Of a stretch of DNA of 64,000 nucleotides, positions 49,275 to 57,134 are shown one piece after another (the first letter of the stretch is position 1; every line of letters starts with the position of its first letter). The translations under genes were made by a program, and so were the position numbers. Below the pieces are notes generated by a model that saw nothing but the letters and a program-made list of their open reading frames with translations, had not been told where the DNA came from and did not search any database. This DNA comes from Candidatus Altimarinota bacterium (GTDB taxonomy: Bacteria > Patescibacteriota > Gracilibacteria > UBA1369), in contig OY782391.1 of assembly GCA_963677745.1 (NCBI GenBank), forward strand, positions 192,448 through 256,447, given 5' to 3'.

Positions 49275-49517
49275 ATGGATATTTTTGAGAAAGGAGAAAC
49301 CGCGTTCTATCATGAAATGGGTGCAATTTTAAAAGTCAAAGTCACTGAAAGTTCATTTGATGGCGAATTTGCAGATTATCATTTGCTCATTCTTGAAGTA
49401 TTACGTAAAAGCCCACACAGAGATGTCACCTTCAGGGTCGATGAAAAAATTGAGTGTACTGACTGTAAATCCATGGATAACGCCCCTATGCAGGCGTTCA
49501 GACTATCAAAAACCTAA
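49275..49517 (+). CDS. Cassette 4: hypothetical protein (80 aa)
   Basis: The only sizeable same-strand ORF between attC3 and attC4. No recognised family. Confidence 0.5.
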   Translation: MDIFEKGETAFYHEMGAILKVKVTESSFDGEFADYHLLILEVLRKSPHRDVTFRVDEKIECTDCKSMDNAPMQAFRLSKT

Positions 49518-49527
49518 TATCAACAGC

Positions 49528-49663
49528 AGACAACAGCGCAAGTGCGGTTCCGCTCACTCCGGTCGCTCCACCCAACTTTGGCTCCTCTCTTCCGGCAGGT
49601 GTGTAAATATTGTACACTTGCCTCGTTCGCAGCCAATGTTCGCACGTTGCACGGGCGTTATAT
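49528..49663 (+). repeat. attC site 4 (136 bp, long class)
   Basis: R'' is AGACAAC and R' is GTTATAT. Same architecture as attC2. Confidence 0.8.
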
Positions 49664-49687
49664 GAAATCGCGATTTTTTCTTTCCCA

Positions 49688-50515
49688 ATGAAAAAGCCCA
49701 TTCACAGATCAAAACTGAGACTATTTGCCGGCAGATTGTACTTTTTATTAAGAAGGCATCTTTATTGGTATTTTTCAAAGGTGGATTTTGTGAAAAATTT
49801 TGAAAGCCATTTACCAATTGAAATTTTTGCTCACAAAACTATTTTGCGAAGAAAGCTTAAAGACATAGATATATGGATGCAGGAAAACAAGATCGCAAAT
49901 TTGAAAATTGCCATAAAAAAGCTTGATGGATTAATTATAAACCCTGGACAAACTTTTTCTTATTGGCGACATATCGGCAAGCCAACAAAAAAAAAGGGGT
50001 ATCTTGAAGGCATGGTGCTGCATAATGGAACGGTTATTGCAGGAATTGGCGGCGGGTTATGCCAATTATCAAATCTGCTTTACTGGATTACGCTCCACAC
50101 GCCGTTAACTGTTATTGAACGATGGCGACACGGTTACGATGTTTTTCCAGATGTAAAAAGAGATCAACCTTTTGGTAGTGGAGCGACTTGTGCTTATCCA
50201 AACATTGATCTGCAAATCAAAAATAACACTCCCCAAAAATTTCAATTGGCACTCGAAATCACCGATGAATATTTAATTGGCAAATGGCTTTCTGATAAAC
50301 CGATAAAATTAAAGTACAAAATCTTTGAAAAGGATCATGAGATAAAAAACGAATGGTTTGGCGGATTCTCAAGAAATAACAAAATTTTTCGCAAAGTAAT
50401 TGATAAAAATAGCAATAAAGAGCTAGGCGAAGAGTTTTTAACCGAAAATCACGCTTTAATGATGTACAATCCGCTAATTGAATATAAAGAAGAAAAAAAT
50501 CGCTACATCAAATAA
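49688..50515 (+). CDS. Cassette 5: VanW-family protein
   Basis: GGGLCQLSNLLYW and surrounding beta-rich sequence are typical of VanW domains. The ATG at 49688 is 25 nt after attC4. The stop TAA is embedded in the next R'' core. Confidence 0.75.
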   Translation: MKKPIHRSKLRLFAGRLYFLLRRHLYWYFSKVDFVKNFESHLPIEIFAHKTILRRKLKDIDIWMQENKIANLKIAIKKLDGLIINPGQTFSYWRHIGKPTKKKGYLEGMVLHNGTVIAGIGGGLCQLSNLLYWITLHTPLTVIERWRHGYDVFPDVKRDQPFGSGATCAYPNIDLQIKNNTPQKFQLALEITDEYLIGKWLSDKPIKLKYKIFEKDHEIKNEWFGGFSRNNKIFRKVIDKNSNKELGEEFLTENHALMMYNPLIEYKEEKNRYIK

Positions 50516-50556
50516 CAGCACATACTTCGCACTTTGCATATGCGCGACCGTTGTGC
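50510..50556 (+). repeat. attC site 5 (47 bp, truncated or minimal)
   Basis: R'' is AAATAAC and R' is GTTGTGC. The 3' half (CTTCGCACTTTGCATATGCGCGACCGTT) matches the 3' half of attC6. The central part is missing. Confidence 0.6.
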
Positions 50557-50636
50557 GAGAAAATGAACTCAGCAACATCAGGTTTGGCAAAAAACACTTT
50601 TAAGGTTATAATACTCTGAAGCCTTTAAAATAATTT

Positions 50637-50957
50637 ATGAAAGATTCAGAAAAAGAAAGCATAACACCTAACTCCAATCAAGAAATATTCGAGGCTGCAA
50701 TTTCGGCAGCTCTGGAAATAGCAAAACGCGATCAACTCAAGTTAGGTACAACAGTATGTATTGCAGGAGAAGAGCCCTCATATTCATATTCTCTCAAAGA
50801 GATCAATGGAGATATGGCACTTATAGAAGATGAGGATGATGAATTAGAGAAGTCAGTACCTTTGAATTCATTATATGAACCAAATGTAGCCTGGAATATT
50901 GCCAATAAAATCCATTCCCAGGCAATTTCAATGACCAAACCTGAGAAATTAGAATAA
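50637..50957 (+). CDS. Cassette 6: hypothetical acidic protein (106 aa)
   Basis: Single same-strand ORF between attC5 and attC6. Confidence 0.5.
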   Translation: MKDSEKESITPNSNQEIFEAAISAALEIAKRDQLKLGTTVCIAGEEPSYSYSLKEINGDMALIEDEDDELEKSVPLNSLYEPNVAWNIANKIHSQAISMTKPEKLE

Positions 50958-50986
50958 AGTTGATACTAAAATCTTTTCATTTCATC

Positions 50987-51101
50987 GCACAACAGCACCC
51001 AAGGCGGTTCGCTGCGGCCTCACCCAAATGCTCGCGCGGTTTAGCACTTCGTGCTACCATTTTACCGTGCTTCGCACTTTGCACATGCGCGACCGTTAAG
51101 T
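50987..51101 (+). repeat. attC site 6 (115 bp, medium class)
   Basis: R'' is GCACAAC and R' is GTTAAGT. It shares the core CACCCAAATGCTCGCGCGGTTT.GCAC.TCGTGCTA.CATTTTACCGTGCTT with attC9. Confidence 0.8.
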
Positions 51102-51122
51102 GCAATTCTTTATCAGCTCGAT

Positions 51123-51404
51123 ATGATTCTCAAAAAGTTCAAATATATATATCACCTCCTCATTGGTATTGTTTTAGCAATCACATATATTGCTATCAGT
51201 CTAACTTTTAAATGGCATGTGTTGCTAGAACCATTTCTATACTTACCCAATGTTTTAAATATAAGATATTTCTGCAGTGGAAAAGAGTGTGTGGGCGTCT
51301 TCTCCTATGTAATCTTTGCATCAATGATAATAATTTTCAGTATATTAAGCATAGGAATATCATTCCTGATAAAAAATATTTATAGAAAAAAGAACTGCAC
51401 TTAA
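51123..51404 (+). CDS. Cassette 7: hypothetical small membrane protein (93 aa)
   Basis: The ATG at 51123 is 22 nt after attC6. Three hydrophobic helices. The stop TAA lies inside the R'' core of attC7. Confidence 0.5.
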   Translation: MILKKFKYIYHLLIGIVLAITYIAISLTFKWHVLLEPFLYLPNVLNIRYFCSGKECVGVFSYVIFASMIIIFSILSIGISFLIKNIYRKKNCT

Positions 51405-51479
51405 CAGCGCCTGTGAGGTTCGACCACGACCTCTCCCAAATTGCCTACGGGCAACTTCGCCCAAGCGCGACCGTTAAGT
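51399..51479 (+). repeat. attC site 7 (81 bp, short class)
   Basis: R'' ACTTAAC is a perfect RYYYAAC and R' GTTAAGT is a perfect GTTRRRY. The two are exact reverse complements. Same architecture as attC1. Confidence 0.85.
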
Positions 51480-51498
51480 GAAATAATTATTTTTTCTT

Positions 51499-52026
51499 AT
51501 GTGGAAAACAGTATCATCCAAAGAAATTTTCAATCATCCCCGCCTCACTTTAATGGAGGACGAAATAATTTTGCCCAATGGTGTAAAAACATCCTATTTA
51601 AAATATAAAGACAATGGTGGTTGTTGCGTCACCGTAGTAACAAAAAGAGATGATGGAAAAATCCTGCTTCAGACTGAATATTCATACCCGCCAAACGAAA
51701 AACTTTTGCAATTTCCCGGAGGTGGTGTCCCGGCTTCAGAGAAACCAGAGGTTGGAGCCAATCGTGAATTAATGGAGGAGGCCGGACTAAAGGCCAATAA
51801 TTTAAAATTGCTCGGCAGTTACCTCATCAATAATCGCCGTTCAGCCATGAAGATGTATATTTTCCTCGCCACTGACCTGCAAGAAGAATGTTTACCCGGC
51901 GATATTGAGGAAGATCTTGAAAGTTTCTGGTTTTCCGAAAACGAAATTGGAGATATGATTAGAAACGGGCAAATCGTCAATGTGCACATTCTTGCCGCCT
52001 GGAGTCTGTATAATAATCAAAAATAA
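51499..52026 (+). CDS. Cassette 8a: NUDIX hydrolase (ADP-ribose pyrophosphatase-like)
   Basis: Nudix box GGGVPASEKPEVGANRELMEEAGL. Confidence 0.85.
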   Translation: MWKTVSSKEIFNHPRLTLMEDEIILPNGVKTSYLKYKDNGGCCVTVVTKRDDGKILLQTEYSYPPNEKLLQFPGGGVPASEKPEVGANRELMEEAGLKANNLKLLGSYLINNRRSAMKMYIFLATDLQEECLPGDIEEDLESFWFSENEIGDMIRNGQIVNVHILAAWSLYNNQK

Positions 52027-52033
52027 GTTCGTC

Positions 52034-52059
52034 ACTCAACAACACCTATAACGCTATAA
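52034..52059 (+). repeat. Relic attC (26 bp), a collapsed junction between two formerly separate cassettes
   Basis: ACTCAAC (52034-52040) is 1 mismatch from the complement of the cassette-8 start GTTAAGT. GCTATAA (52053-52059) is 1 mismatch from GTTATAA, the complement of the attC8 R'' core TTATAAC. Confidence 0.45.
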
Positions 52060-52074
52060 GTAATTTTCATTTTT

Positions 52075-52374
52075 ATGAAAGAAAAAACCATTAAAGAGAT
52101 TACAAGTTTAATCATGCTTCAAGCTAAAGAAAAAGGGTTCGGCATCACCCCGGAAGAAATAGATTTCCCGCGAAAAATCGCATCATTACATTCTGAGGTT
52201 ACGGAGGTTTATGATGCCTACAGAAAGAAGGGAATCAAGAGAACTGATTTAATCGGTAAGGAACTTTGCGATGTAATACAAAGGACATTACATTTATGCG
52301 GAGTTTTTAAGATAGACGTAGAGAAGGAAATTTTGAAAAAAATAAAAATCAATTCAAAAAGAAGTTGGAATTAA
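52075..52374 (+). CDS. Cassette 8b: MazG-like nucleotide pyrophosphohydrolase (small all-alpha NTP-PPase)
   Basis: 99 aa with the acidic helix pattern LHSEVTEVYDA ... GKELCDVIQRTLHL, typical of MazG-like domains. Confidence 0.6.
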   Translation: MKEKTIKEITSLIMLQAKEKGFGITPEEIDFPRKIASLHSEVTEVYDAYRKKGIKRTDLIGKELCDVIQRTLHLCGVFKIDVEKEILKKIKINSKRSWN

Positions 52375-52398
52375 TATTTGAAAGCTACTTATAACAGC

Positions 52399-52478
52399 GC
52401 CTATGTAGTTCGGCTGCGGCCTACCCAAATTGCCTGCGGGCAACCTCCCCCAAGCGGGGGCATTGGGAAAAACGCAGA
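52399..52478 (+). repeat. attC site 8 (80 bp, short class, degenerate R')
   Basis: R'' is TTATAAC. The body aligns with attC1 and attC7. The R' position reads ATTGGGA instead of GTTRRRY. Confidence 0.6.
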
Positions 52479-52481
52479 TTC

Positions 52482-53129
52482 CTATCCATTCAAAAATGCT
52501 TTTATCTTGTCTCTGCACTCGACACATAAAACCTCACCCCGTACATCAAAATAAGCAGCCCTACTATCCTCATCTTTAAACTCGGGATCATTCCAACCGC
52601 GATTCACCATTGGACAATATTTATTGTCTACAACTGCATTATGATGTTTGAGGCCAAATAAATGACCAAGTTCATGAATGATTACCGAGCGTGTTCGTCC
52701 AATAATTCTTTTTAGATCCTCTGTATTTGTAACACATCTGGCCTCAAGCGTAGTCACCAAAGCTGTCCCATTTATTCTGTCGGCGGTACCACCAGCCCTA
52801 AGCCCACGCACACTGATCATTTTGTCAGTGACTATTAAGCCGTGCCGTATTTGTGAGCCGAACCGATGTCGACGCATGGAATGGAGCACCTGTCCTATAT
52901 CTCTATGGACACCTTGGTCCGGAATTCCGTTGATCATGTTTCGGGTACCTAAAAAAACATCACAGGCATAAGCATCTGGTGATACTAAATCCTTTACCGA
53001 ATTCTGAGAAAAGATACGAATTTCGGAATAGGCACCGTCAAAAGCCGATAATGCCGGCTGGCACAACTTTTCTAATTCCTTATGCTCAAGCGCTGTGTCA
53101 AGCGGTAGGACAAGCAGGTTTTTTTGCAT
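52482..53129 (-). CDS. Cassette 9 (inverted): zinc metallopeptidase, metzincin/archaemetzincin-like
   Basis: HELGHLFGLKHH (HEXXHXXGXXH), followed by CPM and a distal CVEC pair. I chose the ATG at 53129. The longer track ORF (to 53315) runs into attC9. Confidence 0.65.
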   Translation of the reverse strand: MQKNLLVLPLDTALEHKELEKLCQPALSAFDGAYSEIRIFSQNSVKDLVSPDAYACDVFLGTRNMINGIPDQGVHRDIGQVLHSMRRHRFGSQIRHGLIVTDKMISVRGLRAGGTADRINGTALVTTLEARCVTNTEDLKRIIGRTRSVIIHELGHLFGLKHHNAVVDNKYCPMVNRGWNDPEFKDEDSRAAYFDVRGEVLCVECRDKIKAFLNG

Positions 53130-53151
53130 GATGCTGATTGTTAGAGCGAGT

Positions 53152-53180
53152 ACTCTATAACTTTCTTCACAAAATGTCAA
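53152..53180 (-). promoter_or_regulatory. Sigma-70 promoter candidate for the inverted cassette gene (TTGACA-17 nt-TAGAGT)
   Basis: On the minus strand there is a perfect -35 TTGACA (53180-53175) and a -10 TAGAGT (53157-53152) with a 17-nt spacer. The -10 is 23 nt upstream of the ATG at 53129. Confidence 0.55.
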
Positions 53181-53217
53181 TACCCAGAAAGCAACAAGGA
53201 AATGCCTTCTCTCCAAA

Positions 53218-53326
53218 CCATAACTGTGCGTTTCGGCTACGGTCCCACCCAAATGCTCGCGCGGTTTGGCACATCGTGCTAGCATTTTACCGTGCTTTGC
53301 ACTTCGAATATGCACGGACGTTAGGC
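53218..53326 (+). repeat. attC site 9 (109 bp, medium class)
   Basis: R'' is CCATAAC. R' is GTTAGGC, the canonical GTTRRRY. Same polarity as the other sites although the enclosed gene is inverted. Confidence 0.8.
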
Positions 53327-53356
53327 AAAATTAGCCGGGCTTGGTAAACTATAATT

Positions 53357-53641
53357 ATGAAACAACATAAACATAAAAACAACCTCCTGGATATATTGTC
53401 GCATACTGTCATTTATGAATCGGCAAACGGCGAAAAAGAAGAGATGTATCACCTGGGGATAATCTATACAGTTATTTTGAGTAATCCGGAAAATTTAAAA
53501 ACAGATGCCGATGGTGAAGATTCACAAGGCGCAAGTTGGGTAAAATTAAGTGAATTCAACAAAGAGGACTTTTCGCCATTTGCAAGCCAAAGCATAGCAA
53601 AACATTTACAGAAAAAAGGTCGTGCAACCAACAACATCTGA
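53357..53641 (+). CDS. Hypothetical 94-aa ORF, possibly a NUDIX-fold C-terminal remnant lacking the Nudix box
   Basis: The segment GIIYTVILS ... ASWVKLSEFNKEDFSPFASQSIAKHL resembles the post-box part of NUDIX proteins. No GX5EX7REUXEEXGU motif is present. Confidence 0.35.
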   Translation: MKQHKHKNNLLDILSHTVIYESANGEKEEMYHLGIIYTVILSNPENLKTDADGEDSQGASWVKLSEFNKEDFSPFASQSIAKHLQKKGRATNNI

Positions 53642-53649
53642 CAGCACAA

Positions 53650-54078
53650 ATGAAAATCACAGACGGAGCCAAAATATTTATTAAAAACGACGCTCTAAAC
53701 AAGTATCTGTTTGTACTTAGAGATAATAAACCAAATATTCCCAATCCAAACATGTGGGGTTTATTGGGAGGCGGTATCGAACCGGGAGAAAATCCGGTCG
53801 ATACGATCAAGCGCGAACTTGCAGAGGAAATCAACATTGACGTCTTTGACATACAAAAAATTCATTCACAAAAGTTGGTTCATAACGTTCAAGGGCAAAA
53901 ATATGAAATAACAGGACACTATTTTGTCGGAAAAACAGACGTTGAAGATTTATCTGGAGTAAAACTAAATGAAGGGCAAAAAGTGGCATATTTCTCGCTC
54001 AAAGAAATTATTCAAAAAGATAATGTATCTCCGATAATAAAAGACCTGATTAGGATTTATCAGGATAAACTCAGATAA
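53650..54078 (+). CDS. NUDIX hydrolase
   Basis: Nudix box GGGIEPGENPVDTIKRELAEEINI. Confidence 0.85.
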   Translation: MKITDGAKIFIKNDALNKYLFVLRDNKPNIPNPNMWGLLGGGIEPGENPVDTIKRELAEEINIDVFDIQKIHSQKLVHNVQGQKYEITGHYFVGKTDVEDLSGVKLNEGQKVAYFSLKEIIQKDNVSPIIKDLIRIYQDKLR

Positions 54079-54136
54079 TTTCCAATAACACCATCGCTGC
54101 AGTTTTTTACCAGTTATATCTAACACTCTCCAAAAT

Positions 54137-54790
54137 ATGATCTACATAATTATTGCTTTCATCGTCATTATCGCACTCTGGTCGATCTGGGGATTTTTGG
54201 GTTCCAATGTTGAGCAGGCGGACTATAGCGTGGTCAAGCAAATTAATGACTACGAAATAAGGGAATATCCCGCCCATATTGTCGCGCAAACGACGGTGGA
54301 AGGATCCTATGAAGAATCCCTGATCAATGGTTTCAGAATTTTGGCCGGATACATTTTTGGCGGAAATAAAAAAAGAAAAAAGATCGCCATGACCGCGCCA
54401 GTGGTTGCACAAAAACACGTGGTTGCCCAAAAGGAAGCCGGCTCCAAATCATCAGAAAGTATTGCCATGACGGCGCCGGTAATTGCGACGAACAAGGGCG
54501 CCTCGCAAATCATATCTTTCGGCATGCCCCGCTCCTATACGCTGGAAACATTGCCGATTCCGAATGATCCGAGAATAAAAATCGTCATGATTCCGGCCAA
54601 GAAATTCGCTGTGATGCGGTTTTCATGGTATCGCTCCGATGCGCGGGTAAAAAGCCGGCAAAAAAAACTGCTCTCGGCGCTGGCCCGCGACGGAGTTGCA
54701 ACAAAAGGCAGCGTGGCCTATGCTGGATACAATGCGCCCTGGACTCCGCCCTGGATGATGCGCAATGAAGTATTAATTGAGGTTAAATAA
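54137..54790 (+). CDS. SOUL heme-binding-family protein with an N-terminal TM
   Basis: YEIREYPAHIVAQT, GFRILAGYIFGGN, two MTAPV motifs, YNAPWTPPWMMRNEV. Confidence 0.75.
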   Translation: MIYIIIAFIVIIALWSIWGFLGSNVEQADYSVVKQINDYEIREYPAHIVAQTTVEGSYEESLINGFRILAGYIFGGNKKRKKIAMTAPVVAQKHVVAQKEAGSKSSESIAMTAPVIATNKGASQIISFGMPRSYTLETLPIPNDPRIKIVMIPAKKFAVMRFSWYRSDARVKSRQKKLLSALARDGVATKGSVAYAGYNAPWTPPWMMRNEVLIEVK

Positions 54791-54805
54791 AATAAACTCA
54801 ATCAA

Positions 54806-55162
54806 ATGAATACCCTGTCCGAAGAGGAAAAAAAAGTAATCATCGACAAAGGCACGGAAGCGCCGTTTACCGGCGAATATGTCAATAACAAAGCCACCGG
54901 GATTTACGTTTGCCGGCAATGCGGGGCAGCTCTTTATGATTCCAAGGATAAATTTAAGTCCGATTGCGGCTGGCCAAGTTTTGATGATGAAATAGCCGGA
55001 GCAGTCAACAAAAGTCCGGACAAAGATGGCATACGTACCGAAATCACCTGCGCTAAATGCGGCGGGCACCTGGGCCATTTGTTTACCGGCGAAAAATTAA
55101 CCGAAAAAAATCAACGATATTGCGTCAATTCCATTTCCATGAAATTTATTCCGGGAAAATAA
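54806..55162 (+). CDS. msrB: Peptide-methionine (R)-S-oxide reductase
   Basis: [26 protein letters not shown] and a RYCVNS-type catalytic Cys. Confidence 0.9.
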   Translation: MNTLSEEEKKVIIDKGTEAPFTGEYVNNKATGIYVCRQCGAALYDSKDKFKSDCGWPSFDDEIAGAVNKSPDKDGIRTEITCAKCGGHLGHLFTGEKLTEKNQRYCVNSISMKFIPGK

Positions 55163-55170
55163 TCGCTTAT

Positions 55171-55659
55171 ATGATCAAAAAAATAGTATTGGCAGGAGGC
55201 TGTTTCTGGGGCCTGGAAGAACTGATCAGAAAACAACCGGGTGTGATCAACACTACCGCGGGATACACCGGCGGCCAGGTAAAAAATCCCACCTACGAAA
55301 ATCACGAAGGCCATGCCGAAGCGGTGAAAATCGAATATGATCCCGATAAAACGTCGTACCAAAAACTGCTGGATTTTTTCTTTCAAATCCATAACCCGAC
55401 CACCCTTAATCAACAAGGCAATGATCGGGGCACCTCTTATCGATCGGCAATTTTTTATGGAAATGATGGGGAAAAGCAGGAAGCGGAAAATTTTATAAAA
55501 ATAGTCAATGCCTCCAAACGATGGAAAGATCCCGTAGTCACGACCCTGGAACCGCTAAAAGAGTTTTATCCGGCGGAAGACTATCATCAGGATTATTTAC
55601 AAAAAAATCCCGATGGTTATACCTGCCACTTAATGTATTTTGACAGTTATCTAAAATAA
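55171..55659 (+). CDS. msrA: Peptide-methionine (S)-S-oxide reductase
   Basis: [45 protein letters not shown] chose the ATG at 55171. Confidence 0.9.
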   Translation: MIKKIVLAGGCFWGLEELIRKQPGVINTTAGYTGGQVKNPTYENHEGHAEAVKIEYDPDKTSYQKLLDFFFQIHNPTTLNQQGNDRGTSYRSAIFYGNDGEKQEAENFIKIVNASKRWKDPVVTTLEPLKEFYPAEDYHQDYLQKNPDGYTCHLMYFDSYLK

Positions 55660-55682
55660 TTTTTAAAATTTAATAAAAATTT

Positions 55683-56450
55683 ATGAAAAACTTATTGGTA
55701 AAAATCCTGGCGACTACGGCCTATGTCGCCATGGTTGCGATGAATTACCTGGCCGTCGGTCTGCCGCTCAATAACCGTTCCACCGGCGAAATATCCAATG
55801 CCTATCCCAATATGTTCGCTCCGGCCGGTCTGACCTTTTCCATTTGGGGACTGATTTACCTTTTACTGGGCGGTTACGTGGTTTATCAGTTTATCAAAAA
55901 GGATAAAAAATCCGAGACACTGCAGAATAAAATAAATCCCCTTTTCATCGCCACTTCCCTGGCCAATATCTGCTGGATCTTTGCCTGGCATTATGATTAT
56001 ATCGGCATTTCGGTACTGATTATGGCGGTATTGCTGATTCTTCTGATCAAAATTGCCGACCTGCTGCGCACCGGGCAATGGAAATCTTGGGGAAAATTGT
56101 TGATTTGGGCGTCCTTTAGCATTTACTTCGGCTGGATCACTGTCGCGACTATTGCCAATATCACGGTATTTTTGGTGAGCATCGGCTGGGACGGATTCGG
56201 AATTGACCAATATGTATGGACCAGCATTATTCTGCTGGTCGGAGCGCTAATCGGAATCCTGCGGATGAATAAAGATAAAAATATCGCCTATGGTCTGGTT
56301 CTAGTCTGGGCCTATCTGGGAATACTGCTCAAACACATTTCCTCCGATGGTTTTGGAGGACAATATCCCAGCATCATTTTCACGGTAGCCATCTGTCTGG
56401 TTTTGTTTGGATATTTTGCGGGAAGGATATCGTACACGACCAGTAAGTAA
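55683..56450 (+). CDS. Polytopic membrane protein, TspO/MBR-related (Trp-rich)
   Basis: 255 aa with ~7 TMs. AYPNMFAPAGLTFSIWGLIYLLL and several W-containing helices. Confidence 0.55.
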   Translation: MKNLLVKILATTAYVAMVAMNYLAVGLPLNNRSTGEISNAYPNMFAPAGLTFSIWGLIYLLLGGYVVYQFIKKDKKSETLQNKINPLFIATSLANICWIFAWHYDYIGISVLIMAVLLILLIKIADLLRTGQWKSWGKLLIWASFSIYFGWITVATIANITVFLVSIGWDGFGIDQYVWTSIILLVGALIGILRMNKDKNIAYGLVLVWAYLGILLKHISSDGFGGQYPSIIFTVAICLVLFGYFAGRISYTTSK

Positions 56451-56470
56451 ATTTCCCAAACCCCACCCCT

Positions 56471-56836
56471 ATGGAAGAAAAACCGATCACCACCATGAAA
56501 GACGCCCAGAAACTGGTTAAAGCCTTTGCCGAACGAAACCGGTGGGATGACAGTCCCAATGTCGACAAGTTCGACCATCTGCATGAAGAACTGATTGAAA
56601 TGTCCCAGCATTTGAGATACAAATCCGCGGAAGAACGACAACAATTCGTACAGGAACACAAAGAGATCTTCACTGACGGAATCGGCGACCTGTTTTTCGG
56701 GACCTGCCGCCTGGCCAACCAGCTGGGAGTGGATATAGAGGAAGCCTTTAATATGGTGCAAAAGGAAATTCTTAAAAAGTACAACCATACCAACGCCGAA
56801 AATAACCTTACCGGCAGACCACCGGGCGCAAGATAA
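56471..56836 (+). CDS. MazG-type nucleotide pyrophosphohydrolase domain protein
   Basis: FDHLHEELIEMSQHL ... DGIGDLFFGTCRLANQLGVDIEEAF. Confidence 0.65.
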   Translation: MEEKPITTMKDAQKLVKAFAERNRWDDSPNVDKFDHLHEELIEMSQHLRYKSAEERQQFVQEHKEIFTDGIGDLFFGTCRLANQLGVDIEEAFNMVQKEILKKYNHTNAENNLTGRPPGAR

Positions 56837-56872
56837 CATCACCGGGCTTTAAACCAGTTTATCCACGATTTT

Positions 56873-57115
56873 ATGGAAGATCTTCAAAAAGAGAAATATC
56901 AGCATTACAAGGGAGCTTTCTACGAAGTAATCGGCCTGGCCAGAGACAGTGAAACTCTGGAAGAATTGGTATTGTACCGTGCTTTATACGAATCCAAAGA
57001 TTTTGGTAAAGAAGCTCTCTGGGTCAGACCAAAAAAAATGTTTTTTGAAAATGTCACGGTTGATGGACAAGTGATTCCGCGATTCAAGCACATTTCAGAT
57101 GTAAATCACTTCTAA
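56873..57115 (+). CDS. DUF1653-family small protein
   Basis: YQHYKGAFYEVIGLARDSETLEELVLYRALY ... LWVRPKKMF. Confidence 0.65.
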   Translation: MEDLQKEKYQHYKGAFYEVIGLARDSETLEELVLYRALYESKDFGKEALWVRPKKMFFENVTVDGQVIPRFKHISDVNHF

Positions 57116-57134
57116 TAAATAAAGTTAAATATTT

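Larger units (their letters stand above)
46267..53326. mobile_element. Integron: IntI-like recombinase gene, attI-like site and an array of ≥9 attC-bounded gene cassettes
   Basis: The recombinase is leftward and the ORFs rightward. Nine imperfect-palindrome repeats each begin xxxxAAC and end GTTxxxx. Similarity between repeats stops right after GTT. R''/R' complementarity holds across junctions (see findings). Confidence 0.85.

Noticed and set aside
48275-49817. Minus-strand ORFs 48275-48547, 48330-48539, 49011-49313, 49498-49701 and 49554-49817 share peptides such as AQRANIG(Y/C)ERSKCTIF.HLLEERSQSWVERP and look like a paralogous gene family.
   Set aside because: They are translations of the long-class attC repeats (attC2, 3 and 4). 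The shared peptide coincides exactly with the repeat. They overlap better-supported plus-strand cassette ORFs and have no independent start context. The plus-strand ORF 50960-51211 through attC6 is the same kind of artefact.
52482-53315. The long form (277 aa) of the metallopeptidase ORF.
   Set aside because: The first 62 codons run through attC9 and encode low-plausibility sequence. The ATG at 53129 is preceded by a near-consensus promoter and gives a compact catalytic domain.
47461-53330. The regularly spaced repeats could be a CRISPR array.
   Set aside because: The repeats are 47-149 bp imperfect palindromes of three classes. They are separated by 300-1000 bp that contain ORFs, not by 25-50-bp spacers. 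No cas genes are present. The integron attC interpretation fits every detail.
56859-56867. TTATCCACG is a near-perfect DnaA box (8 of 9).
   Set aside because: It is a single isolated copy about 15 kb from dnaA, inside the accessory region, so it is most likely chance. Other weak matches (CAGTCCACA at about 36518, TGTGGAAAT at 26501) are also isolated.
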